A stretch of 64,000 bases of DNA. Origin: Phoronis australis (taxonomy: Eukaryota > Animalia > Phoronida). Positions 10,820-21,815 of this stretch are shown here, piece after piece. The number at the start of each line of letters is the position of its first letter. Position 1 is the stretch's first letter. Location of the stretch: assembly GCA_002633005.1 (NCBI GenBank), contig NMRA01000508.1, positions 103,250-167,249 of the forward strand, in the 5' to 3' direction. Both the position numbers and the translations under genes were made by a program. Under the pieces are notes generated by a model. That model did not search any database, was not told the DNA's origin, and saw only the letters and a list, made by a program, of their open reading frames with translations.

Positions 10820-12502
10820 AATTCCTCATCAGAAGCAGATGCCTCAGTTCATCAAAACCAAGCTCATGACTTAACATATTCTGCTGTTCAGTGTGATCAG
10901 CCACCAGGTGGCATCAAACAAGAATGTTTAGTGGAGGCCACCAATATATTCGCCGCTGCTGAATTTAATCTGGAGTGTACAGACGACGACATTAACGGTC
11001 ATGCCGATGACTGTACTGGCGACGTTGATGGGAATGATAACAGTGGGAGTCTCGGTGTTGTCAAGGTCGGTTGTGGAACATCTGAAATTGATGCTGACAG
11101 TGGCGGCGCCAGTGTGTCTGGAAATGGTGATCGTAATGATGGTGATGTCAGCGATTACAATGGGGAAGGTGGCGGTGGTGATGATTGGAATGGTGAAGTT
11201 AGCGTTAACACTTGGAATAACCAAGACATTTCAAACCCAAAAGCCGAGGTCAGTAGTCTTAGTGTGGAATGCGATAGCTCTGGTAAAGTGGTGGACCCGG
11301 ATACTGGTGTGTTCACATATGACAGTTCCATTACTAACTGTGAATCTGACGCTAATTTGAGCCATGTTGATAAAGGGGAAAACTTGTCCAAAGATTTGGC
11401 AAGGAAGGATATGGAGACTGTGTCTTTAACTGCGAAACTGTCTGTAGGTGGCGCTGGCTCTGGCTACTCTGAGGATTGCACTGCTGAGAAGTCGTACAAG
11501 TGTGGAGACTGCCAAAAAGTGTTTAGGTCCAATTGTCGCCTCAAGCGTCACGTACTGACTCACAGAAGGAAAAAGTTAGTTCCGTGTGATGTGTGTGGCA
11601 AACAGTTTGTGAAGGCGTGGAAGATGCGACAACACATGAGGTCACACACCAATGAGAAGCNGGAATGCGATAGCTCTGGTAAAGTGGTGGACCCCGATAC
11701 TGGTGTGTTCACATATGACAGTTCCATTACTAACTGTGAATCTGACGCTAATTTGAGCCTTGTTGATAAAGGGGAAAACTTGTCCAAAGATTTGGCAAGG
11801 AAGGATATGGAGACTGTGTCTTTAACTGCGAAACTGTCTGTAGGTGGCGCTGGCTCTGGCTACTCTGAGGATTGCACTGCTGAGAAGTCGTACAAGTGTG
11901 GAGACTGCCAAAAAGTGTTTAGGTCCAATTGTCGCCTCAAGCGTCACGTACTGACTCACAGAAGGAAAAAGTTAGTTCCGTGTGATGTGTGTGGCAAACA
12001 GTTTGTGAAGGCGTGGAAGATGCGACAACACATGAGGTCACACACCAATGAGAAGCCGTATAAGTGCTCTTTCTGTTTGAAGGCGTTCAGCTATAGGTCC
12101 AACATGAACCGGCATGAGCGCACACATACAGGTGATAGGCCATACGAATGTACACTGTGCCCGTACAGAGCGGCGCTGAAATCTTCGCTAAAAAAACACA
12201 TGATAAGACACGACCCCTGTTGGGACCCGGCCAACGCGCCAAGGCCACACTTGTGCAGTTTCTGCGGGAAGGCTTTCCGTGTTTCAAGGGAACTGAAACT
12301 TCATGTACGAATTCACACTGCAGAGAAACCCCACAAATGCAAAATATGCAACAAGGCTTTCCGCCGCCCCGACATATTGAAGCGACACTATATGGTCCAC
12401 ACAGGTGAAAAGCCACACCTATGTTCTCATTGCGGCAAGACGTTCTCTGTGCGTAGTAATCTTCGCATTCACATGAAAGTTCATGGAAAGTCTCTTAATT
12501 AA
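10820..12502 (+). CDS. ZnF gene 2: terminal 'A' exon (acidic Gly/Asp spacer + 7 C2H2 fingers; 395-bp duplication probably artefactual)
   Basis: Acceptor TTCTTTTGTCTCAG|AAT is phase 0, compatible with the 9608 donor. Fingers are homologous to gene 1. Stop is TAA 12500-12502. Confidence 0.85.
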   Translation, partial: NSSSEADASVHQNQAHDLTYSAVQCDQPPGGIKQECLVEATNIFAAAEFNLECTDDDINGHADDCTGDVDGNDNSGSLGVVKVGCGTSEIDADSGGASVSGNGDRNDGDVSDYNGEGGGGDDWNGEVSVNTWNNQDISNPKAEVSSLSVECDSSGKVVDPDTGVFTYDSSITNCESDANLSHVDKGENLSKDLARKDMETVSLTAKLSVGGAGSGYSEDCTAEKSYKCGDCQKVFRSNCRLKRHVLTHRRKKLVPCDVCGKQFVKAWKMRQHMRSHTNEKXECDSSGKVVDPDTGVFTYDSSITNCESDANLSLVDKGENLSKDLARKDMETVSLTAKLSVGGAGSGYSEDCTAEKSYKCGDCQKVFRSNCRLKRHVLTHRRKKLVPCDVCGKQFVKAWKMRQHMRSHTNEKPYKCSFCLKAFSYRSNMNRHERTHTGDRPYECTLCPYRAALKSSLKKHMIRHDPCWDPANAPRPHLCSFCGKAFRVSRELKLHVRIHTAEKPHKCKICNKAFRRPDILKRHYMVHTGEKPHLCSHCGKTFSVRSNLRIHMKVHGKSLN

Positions 12503-13091
12503 CTGGGGTTGCAAAAGTTTGTCATTTTGTAGCTCATGTCTGTCTCCCTCTGTATGGTTTGTCTAGAATTGCTGTGCATGAACTCGGGAATCTTGCTTAA
12601 TCTCAAGATGGCGTATGCGTGAACTTGGAATTGAATATTCATTGGGGCCATCTGGTGATTTTTTTTTGTACACTGTGTACAATTTTAGCTGTTAGTGACC
12701 TCACGAGCACCTTTTTTCTCCTTTACTGCAACTTTTGTCACAGAATCGAAGGAATATGTGAATGGTTGATCAATTTCTTGTTTGGTGAATAAGTTTGCCA
12801 ATACAGTTGAAAAGAGGTTGGTCAAAATTTACACCGATTTATTAAAATGCAATTTGTTTTTAGTGCAGTCAAATTTTTATCATCGTGAACTTTACTATTT
12901 GAGTGAACTTTTCAAATTTCATGGTGTATTCCAAGGTCACGCATACCCGATCTTGAGATTAAGCAGGATTCCAAGCTCATGCACAACAGATGGTATAGTC
13001 ATGTTGTAGAAAAATGTGGTTGCTCACCCGCCCTTCCCTTTTGTATGATGTCCTGGACCCACTATTGAATTGTAAGCGGTAAGCACTAATA

Positions 13092-13475
13092 GGGCCGCCC
13101 CGGATTATGCAGCAATAGAACTATCCTTTGTCCCAGAGATAAGAAAGTGCATGACCTTGTTTGGAAGTCGGGCACATTTTCGTGTCTCTCATTGATGGCT
13201 TGAAGGCGAAGAATTTCAAATCACGTATCCACGGGTATTTGTCCTGTTAAACAAACTTTCTCACTTTGAAGTTGCAGCTCACAGCACTTCGTTGTTATTG
13301 GAGATACGAATAGAGTAATGCCGTGGAAAACAACTTTTGAAGAATCGGATAACAACAAATAACATGTGTAAGTCCAGTGGCACGAAACCGAGGCAGCAAA
13401 TGTGCCCCAGGGATGTTTAGGCAATCTTAGTAAATACAGGGTGATTCGAATGTCTTGTGTAATCCAGGGCGGCCC
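13092..13475. mobile_element. MITE with about 20-bp TIR
   Basis: GGGCCGCCCCGGATTATGCA ... TGTGTAATCCAGGGCGGCCC, flanked by TA on both sides. Confidence 0.55.
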
Positions 13476-14615
13476 TAATCGGGAGATAGATGTCGATTCC
13501 AGTGGAAATGATGCGTTCACATTGAAAAGCTATGAACAAACCTACTCATTCCTGCCTCAGCTAGTCACTGATCCACACTGGGTTATAAAACAGGAAGGAC
13601 CACAATCCTTTTTATTTAGCTGTGTTTGCTTACACAGGCCAACTAGAATAGTTTAACACAAGAGCGGAGTTCCCAAAGGCAGACTATTCTCACTGACCTT
13701 GACCTTGCCTGTCAATTTCTAAAGGCCTATTGTGTGTTAAAGACTGGGATGAGTTAGAACTGAAGGCACAAAATTTGAAGCCATCTTGTGCACTAGAATC
13801 ACCTGCCAAGCCCAAAATGCTTAATTCCGTGTAATTATGTTTTGCAACAAACTGTTGGCCACGGTAGGGTAACATGTAAAATTAAGAGTTCCAGTTTGTT
13901 TCCTTTTAAGTTGTAGGAGTTGAATTTTGATCAAATGTTCTTCTTTTACTTTTGATTTAGTCTTGTAAGATTAGACCCAACAGAAATACAGTAAAGTCTC
14001 GTTACAAGGTACATCAAGCATGCTTCGAAATCTGTGTGTTATAATCCTTATGGTTTGTAGGAAGAGTACTTCAACGTAAGATCGTAAGTTGCAAGTTCGT
14101 GTACTTTTTATGGTTGTGGTTGTTCTCAACTGAACCGCCAGGTCTTGTAAGGATCCGGACTGTAACGGCCGGGCGGCTTGAGCGCGCGATTTCTCACAAA
14201 CTTGTGAAAATTAACCATGACGGGACTTGTAAGGATGAAGTCGGCTACAAGTATCCCACGGTGGTTGAACGTCAGTGAGTTCAGGTGTCTTACCCGGTTC
14301 CTCGGTAAATCTCACTAGAAGTAGCTTCAAAGTTGCCCATGAATATATTTCAAAGTGGGCAAGAGTAGACTTCCTAATTTTAGACCCTTTTTATTGTTCC
14401 ACAAATAAATGACAATACATTAAAATTTAGTCCCGACAGCGAACCATTTTATCCAATCTTTAAAACAACTATTTACTTAACAAAAGGTAAAGAAAAAAAA
14501 GTAAGACAGTCAAGTGGTAACGCAATGTAAAAACTGTAGGCAAACAGTACGTGTACGTCTTTTAGTTAACTGCAGGTTTTTTAAATCCCGGTTGCTTCAC
14601 CATGTTCACCTAGTT

Positions 14616-14775
14616 GCGTGCGTTCAGTAACACTAGGACCTACGCTGGGACCTAGCTAAAATCTAGACAAAGTCACGTGCTCTCATTTAAATTATGCGGC
14701 AAAATCTCACGTGATCTCGCGATGTCTTGCTTTTTTATTTTAGCGAGGCCCTAACGTTACTGGACGGGAGGCTGG
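14616..14775 (+). mobile_element. Harbinger-like MITE, copy 1
   Basis: About 155-bp element GCGTGCGTTCAGTAA..CTAGGACCT ... GAGG(T/C)CCTA.CGTTACTG, homologous to 43086-43243 and 63556-63714. Confidence 0.75.
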
Positions 14776-15822
14776 CTAAACACGAATATCCCTATCTCGG
14801 ACTTTAACTGCGATAAAATGAACTTGTTTACCGTGATATGATTCTGTTTCCTCCAACAAGAACTTCAAAGCCGGAAGGAGCGACTCGAAAAACGCTTCTG
14901 TGTTTTACGCCGGAGATATTGGCCAACTAAAAATTGAAATTCAAAAATTGTGCATGTACTCATGTACTTGCCGCATTGACTTGAATAGAGAATCATGACG
15001 GTAAAGAATATTTACAGACACCGATTTTGTTACTGAAGTTGGAATACTTCTTTATGCTCTTGTTTAAAGTCGTAGTTCACTGAATTTGTAGGCGATACCC
15101 GAAAGCATACAGTACACGTACACAAAGTGTCAGGCAGATGGGAGACACGACAATAACCAGAATAATGGTACTTAAAGTTTAAACCTGTAAATGTCGGTCT
15201 GTGTTTAAATTTGCGCTCGAAAACTGAAGTCGCAGACTTTCTTTGTTCACGAGTGGCAGTAAATTTAAATACCCGAGTGGCGTTTAAACTCTGCTTTGGC
15301 CGCCTAGTTTTTATTTATCGATCACTTCCCCTATAAAAACGTACGTGTTCATGTCTCAGGCAAGGAGTTATTTCTCAGCTATTGAGGAACTCTTGGGGAG
15401 ATAGTCCATTAACCTTGCTAGGCCCGTAGAAACCGCTTATACAGCCTGACTGTTCAAGCAATAATGCAGCTGACAGTGAGAAATCGTCTCTAAAGCGAGC
15501 ATGGCCGGCCAGATTTATAGCAATATGTGCCCAAAGTAATGTTTTCGTGGAAAAAGCGGGTTTCACCCGTTAGACAGATGTACGATGTACATGTACACTG
15601 CCTTCGAAAAAATCATTCATTTCCCTGCTGTTTGGTCGACAAGTGAGTGGGCGAGTCAAATGACCTCTTTCATCCACACTCCTTTCTTCTATATACTGTC
15701 AAAAGAAACAATCTTGGAATTCTTAATGAAAAAATTATCAATATTTTACAATTCAGTTATATAACTGTTCAACATATAAGGAACGAAGAAGTTATCTTAC
15801 ATGTCATATGTTGGTCACTTCA

Positions 15823-15995
15823 CAGTGGCGGATTTAGGGTTATGCCATGCAAGGGGGCTATGGCCCCCATATAAAATTCTTCCAGATTTGGCATTTGGCA
15901 GTAGGGGAGTGCGAATGTCTGACGGGCAAAATTCTGGCTTATACTCTGCCCTGCCCCCCCCCCCCCCCAACTCAAAGTCCAGGAGGCCGCCCCTG
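15823..15995. mobile_element. CAG-terminal MITE, imperfect 5-bp TSD
   Basis: CAGTGGCGGATTT...GCCGCCCCTG flanked by CTTCA / CCTCA. Confidence 0.65.
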
Positions 15996-17629
15996 CCTCA
16001 TATGAAAAGATCCTTGTTTCCCGCGGGGGCTTGGCTTTGAAGACCTCAGAGGTGAACGTTGCGGGCGAGCCACGTGTCGGGTCGCCTTGAAGAAATCCAA
16101 TCGGACTATGGACATACGTAGGAGTAATGCGTATGAGAATTGTCTTCGTACACACCACTCCGATTGTTGGTCACAGCGCGTGACCTGTATGGTTTCCGAT
16201 TCGTTACAAATCACCCCCGCCTCCACGACGTAAAATTTACGCATATAGGCTCGTGGACTTGTTGCACAAAGCGGACATGGTAATGGAGGAACAAGGACAC
16301 GAGTCATCGGGTGGATCATCGAGCGCCTGATGAGGTTCGATATTTGGGGACGAGATCGTTTTTTCATTTAGCCGATAGGCCGCACTGCAGTTCTTTTGGA
16401 ATCCAAACACTGTAAAATTTGAGGATCATTTTTCGACGGTAAAAAACAACAGTGTCGATCGATTCCTGTCTAATTTGAAAGTAAAACAGCAACACTGGGT
16501 TTTCTCTCGAGGTTAACTTTAATTAATTTTTTAATTTAAAACATGATGAAGAAAGTATGAAACACATGTATAATGAATTAAATTCGGGAGTAATTCATCA
16601 CCACTTTTTGTACGTTTAGTGATTTTTTTTAACTAAGTGCTTTCCAATTACACCTATACGAAGTACTTGTAAATGTGGCATCAAATTTAGTGGCTATATT
16701 CAAGTGTACCAAATGTTTGTATTTCTGCTTTTCAGCTTGCCAGGGTAGTTCCAAATTTAATGAAATCAGAAAATTGGTAATGAACGAGGTCGGTATAATC
16801 AACCAAATTTCATTTGACGAGATAAATGTTCCAACAAATTTCATAAAGTATTCAAAAGTTTTCTCAAAAAATATTTCTGTCATCATGGTTTTCGTTTCAT
16901 GCGACATCTGAGTTTTTCAAGAATGATCTTTTGGTAGCCCCTCTTGGAAAACGGTAGGACGTACATGTAAGTTGAAAAACAATTCTTGGCAGTACTTTGG
17001 GAGAACGTGTATGAACCTCACTAGATCCACTTCAGGAGTTTCAGGTACCCTTAAAATACTTTAGCACTCTCCGCCGGCACGGGCGAACAATCACGGACTG
17101 TCGTACGCCTAGTACGCATGTACTGAGGCCTCCGTGCTGCTTTGCGCCTAGTCTGCTGTGCGTGAGCTTGGAATACTGGAGGGAACTTGACATGTTCACT
17201 CTAATAATCAGGTTCATGTTGATAGAAAATTTTACTGTGCTATATCAAATTACCTGTTAATAACTGGGCGTAAATTTGAACCAATGCTTTTTCAATTGGC
17301 GATCCGCTTATATACCAAACACTTTCTTTGACACTAGTTTGGTACCAATACGCTAAAAGAGAAAATGGGTGATCATGAGGCCAATGATTACAAGAACTCT
17401 TTACACTGAACAAAAGAATTCACCTGATTGCCCAACAGATTATTCAAGTCCGTCCAACTNGTTACCCCCCTACAAGCCTGAAACGAGACTAGCCAATGGC
17501 TTTTGAGGGCTGCATGGTTAGTTTCAGTCGCTGAAGCAGTATGGCTGAAGTGTCACATTAATCTGATAGGGCATTTTTGCTATATGATGTTCCGAAGACA
17601 GCCAAATATTAGACATCGAGCTCCGTCCT

Positions 17630-17876
17630 CTGTGGCAGATCTACGTTCTCAGTAAGGGGGGGGGGTTAATTAGGATTCGAGTGAATCCGAGACGCGTAGC
17701 ACCGAGAGAAAGGAAGGTCTGGAGGGGGTTACCCCCTCTCGTGTAAAATTTTTTGTTGTTTTTAGTAGCTAATTTCATTTTTCTGGTAATTTTTTTTTCA
17801 ATTTTTAATTTTTGATCCTGTTCCGAGGGGGGGTTTCAACCCCCTGAACCCCCCTCCCCCTGTAGATCCGCGTCTG
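17630..17876. mobile_element. CAG-terminal-family MITE with 5-bp TSD GTCCT
   Basis: CTGTGGCAGATCTAC...GTAGATCCGCGTCTG, with GTCCT at 17625-17629 and 17877-17881. Confidence 0.75.
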
Positions 17877-18730
17877 GTCCTACTGGCATCTACTGTCGGT
17901 GCCAGCAGAGACGTCGAGTGAAATTTTAGGGTCCTAACCTGGAGATATTTGGCTACAATCACTGACTTAAGTGAAGTTATAGATAAACGTGATTAACTGA
18001 AAGCATTTTTCCTAGTCAGATTGATTTCTAGGCTTCACATTCCAGGTCCAGTTATTCAGAATTGATATGGGGTAATAAAATTGTTACCTTCTCAGCCAAA
18101 GCCGTGAACAGTTTGTTAAGCTGTTAAGTTAAACAGACCAACTGTTACTGTTGTATGAGCTGGGTTCACAAAGAACTATACCTTCAATGACCTTGCATGA
18201 CAATTTCAAAAGATCTACTGTGTGTGACAGACACTCATGATTTACAACCATCAGCAAAGTTCTCAGACACGTTGTAGACTAGTTACCCCGTCCAAATCCA
18301 AAATGAGACTAGCCCCATTAAGTAGCTTGTCAGGGCTGGTTAGTTTCAACTACCGAAGCAGTATGGCCATAGAGGGGAGTTTTTAATGTTACGTTGTGAC
18401 CAATTTTAATTAAAACAAGTGATAAGAATCCTGTAAAGCTTTGGGAAAGCAAATACTTTCAACTGTGAAGAAAGTTGGTTTTTGACTTTAAGACATGGTT
18501 GACAACGATTTCCATTTTGGGCTGGGAAGGGTAATTAGTGTACACAGTGACTGACAATTTTGCAGAGGGTTCTAAATCATTACCATGGGTGTCATTCACA
18601 AACAATAGGCCTTTTGAAATTGACATGCAAGGTCAGTGAATGTAGTGCTATTTGAACTTTGCTCTTAGTCATACAACTGTCTATAGACTACATGTAAGTA
18701 ACTCATAACATTGTTTAACAATGGGTTTAA

Positions 18731-20383
18731 AGGAGGATACCACCCGATTTAATTAGTCTTTTTGCCGTATTAATGGGTCTATATCCACATCGCCTCGTAT
18801 ACAGGTCGACCTTACCTTGCCTAGAGGTGTCGCGTTAACCTGTGAGGAAGATGAGAAACGACGCTAGCGACGTCAGTGGTTCATATGCATAGTGAATGCC
18901 GCTGTGCATAGTTCCCGCTTGTCCGAACTAAGCAGCTGCGAGAAAAGCGGGTATATCGTTTATTTTTACTTCCTCGAGAGTCCGAAATGTTTAGGAAGTG
19001 GCTCATGGTAGTGAAGAATGAAATGTATGCTGTAAATAGCAAGTTTGAGGCCGTGAAACATCTCCGTGACTGTGGCCTGCAGACATCGCAGTGCCTGACG
19101 AATGCCGGCTTGCCAAATAACTCGATACGTTCCGTTGTCTGAGCTTGTTCACGGCGCCTCTCTAGTATTTCTTCATCACTGTATTCCTGTTCGAATTGAT
19201 AGCCTGTAAAACTTAACGATCCACTTGCGAAGTCGGGACTGACAGCTCTAGCTCATCCTAAGTCGAGATTGCGAGTTGCTATGTTGGCGTTTATTACTGA
19301 GCGTTCTGTTTCAAAATGTATTATTCTCACTCTAACCAATACTTATATAAATTGAAACAACATCTGTCTCATTAGATGCAATTTGTAATGCCTTTGGAGT
19401 GAGTGCAAAGGATTTGAAAAGCCAGCAATGAATAAATCACTGCGTTGCCCGGCTTTAGGTGCTATAAAACTAATTGACCGGACACCTAGGCCGTGTGAGC
19501 TCATGCTAATTTCGTGTTTGCTGACAGAAACTGTTGTGAAACAACTCGATTTCCATCCCACGGCCAGGTGTTAGGGGAATCTTTATTTACGTTTACACTA
19601 CTCAAATAATGATTGTCAATGTACAATTTCTGCCCTGACGGTGCTGTGCCAAAGCGGAACCCGACTCTCGCGGCCCCCGACGATGAGTAAGTAGATTTGC
19701 CGTTTCGTGGCTAATTCACCAACATAATCAGGTGCACATTACTTTGGCTCACTAGTATAGTATTTTCTTGGCTGGAAGTTTAGTTTCCACTGAACTTTGG
19801 CTGGTTTATGTTCGTGACGTCTGATCAGTTTCTGTGCCACTGGCCGGGATAACGAGTCAATCCGGCCGGCCGCGACGGGCATGATCGGGCTCCGAGCCAC
19901 TGGCCAAGCAAACAAGCGCTTTGTGTTTAGAACTCAAAAAATCGCAAGTCTAAACAACACAGATCTAGGTTCACCTGTCTGTATCTCACGTGGAAAATAC
20001 TTCGAAAGTATCTCCGAACAGACCCCAAACTCCTGCTATGGACCTTATTGGCCTGCGAACTTTGTAGGCTACGGTGTGTCCAAATACCAATAAATCCGTA
20101 TGAGCGAAATAAAACAACGCGTTTTTTAAGATCTCGGTGTATTTTTAACGGTTTTACATCGAAGTTGGTGTTAAACGATGTCTTCAAGCGATAAGCTGAC
20201 ACCAGTAACCCGTGTTGTGAACTGCTGAACAGACTGCGTGTGAAATCGATGACGTCATTGGATAATTTCAACACCTCTGTCTGCCGTCAGGTGTCAGGTA
20301 ACGCAACCGTACGTGTCGTTATGGAGTAGATCTACTCGATCTAAATTGATACAAATTAGGTTGTTTTTGGGTGGCATGCTCCT
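18731..20383. mobile_element. Non-autonomous Kolobok-type DNA transposon
   Basis: TTAA|AGGAGGATACCACCC ... GGGTGGCATGCTCCT|TTAA. A TTAA TSD with AGG termini is the Kolobok signature, whereas piggyBac has CCY termini. No intact ORF. Confidence 0.7.
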
Positions 20384-20690
20384 TTAAGCTGGGAAGAAAT
20401 TGTTTAATTACCTACTATGGGTTATGGATAGCCTTGCCCACAATGGGGTGTAAAGGTGTCTGTGGGAACAAAGGATAAGAAATGTTAATCGAAGAAACTG
20501 CATACATATTTGTGTTTTTGATTATTCATTAGGTCAAGCTGAAGTTCGTACATGACTGCAATTCCAACCGTGAAAATTTGGGCTTTAGAATTCACTTTTT
20601 GAATTCTGATGGCTGAAACGAATGAGCACTTTTTCGGAAACTGGTTAGGAATCTGCCCGTGCTCTTCAAAGCGGGCAAGAGGCTGTGGAG

Positions 20691-21815
20691 ATGATTTCTT
20701 CGAACAATGGGGTGCACAAGGAGTCTCCTGGAATACACATACCACTTGGGTGTACTGTGAAGTCTGACCTGAGTGAGCGCAGAGAGCCCCACAGGGGAGT
20801 TAATGAAGCTCACGAGGAAGACATGCTGGAATGTTCTGTATGTAAACAACTGTTCTCAATGGAAGCTGATCTGATTGCACACTTACAGACACATAATGAA
20901 ACTAACGAGGCTCACAGGGGAGTTAACTCTACAGAAGTGCTGGAGTGTCCTGTATGTAAGCAAGTGTTCTCAATGGTGAACGAGTGGACTAAACACTTGG
21001 AATCTCACAGTGGAGGCGATAAAACTCAGTCTAAGCCTGAAGACTTGCTCGAGTGTCCTGTGTGTAAATTGTCCCTGATGGCTTACAACTTAACTGAGCA
21101 CTTAAAGACCCATAGAGGAATGGCCAAGGTCTACTCTTGTAGCGTTTGTCTGAAAAGTTTCTCGTGCAAAAGCGGACTAACGGGTCACATGGTCAGGCAT
21201 ACGGGCGTCAAGCCGTACGCGTGTGACTTATGTGACGCGGCTTTTTACTACCGCCACTTGCTCAAGAACCACCGGCGAATTCACACAGGCGAGAAGCCGT
21301 ACAAGTGTCGATACTGCGAGAAGTGTTTCGTCTCCAGCACCACTACCCGACATCACGAGAAGAACCACTTTAAGGGGAAGACATACAAGTGTCCGCACTG
21401 CGACAAGGCATTCAAGAGTTGCTCAGAGATGAGGCAACATGCCGTTATTCATACTGGCGCGCTGCCATATAAGTGCAATATGTGTGGGAAACGTTGCTCA
21501 CGCAGATACAACCTGACTCGACATCAGGAGAGCTGCAAGGGTAAATCTAAAGCAGTTCCTCTTTTAGAGGGCACGGGGCCAACTATGGTAGCAAACTGTG
21601 GCAGGACTAAGCAACTGTTGGAGGTGGATAGTACGCAACGTGTTGAGACGTTCAGTTGTAACTTTTGCGCCGAAGTGTTTTGGAAATGGAGAAGTATACG
21701 GGCCCATATGAAGACACATGTCATGTACACGTGTGGCGTCTGCATGGAATCTTTCACCGCTGAGTCTGCGCTGGACCAGCATATGCTGTCTCACGTCAGT
21801 AAAAACACGCACGTG
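20691..21815 (+). CDS. ZnF gene 3: 'B' exon (3 spaced + 5 clustered + 2 terminal fingers)
   Basis: Acceptor at 20532 (TTATTCATTAG), ATG at 20691 and a phase-0 donor GTG|GTATGT at 21815/21816. The donor is at the position homologous to the gene 2 donor, after CGVCMESF...SH. Confidence 0.85.

Noticed and set aside
11266-12056. In-frame 395-bp tandem duplication adding two fingers to gene 2
   Set aside because: The copies are joined by a single N at 11661 and differ at only two sites that I could see. This is typical of an unmerged contig or haplotype overlap; raw reads are needed.
16315-16385. Hammerhead-ribozyme-like core (CTGATGAG...GAGA...CGATA)
   Set aside because: GAAA is GAGA, stem II is out of register and stem I does not pair. 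At best a dead relic.
17366-17434. Box C/D snoRNA candidate (ATGATTA...CTGA...CTGA)
   Set aside because: The C-to-D span is only about 44 nt, there is no C' box, and I could not establish a perfect rRNA complement.
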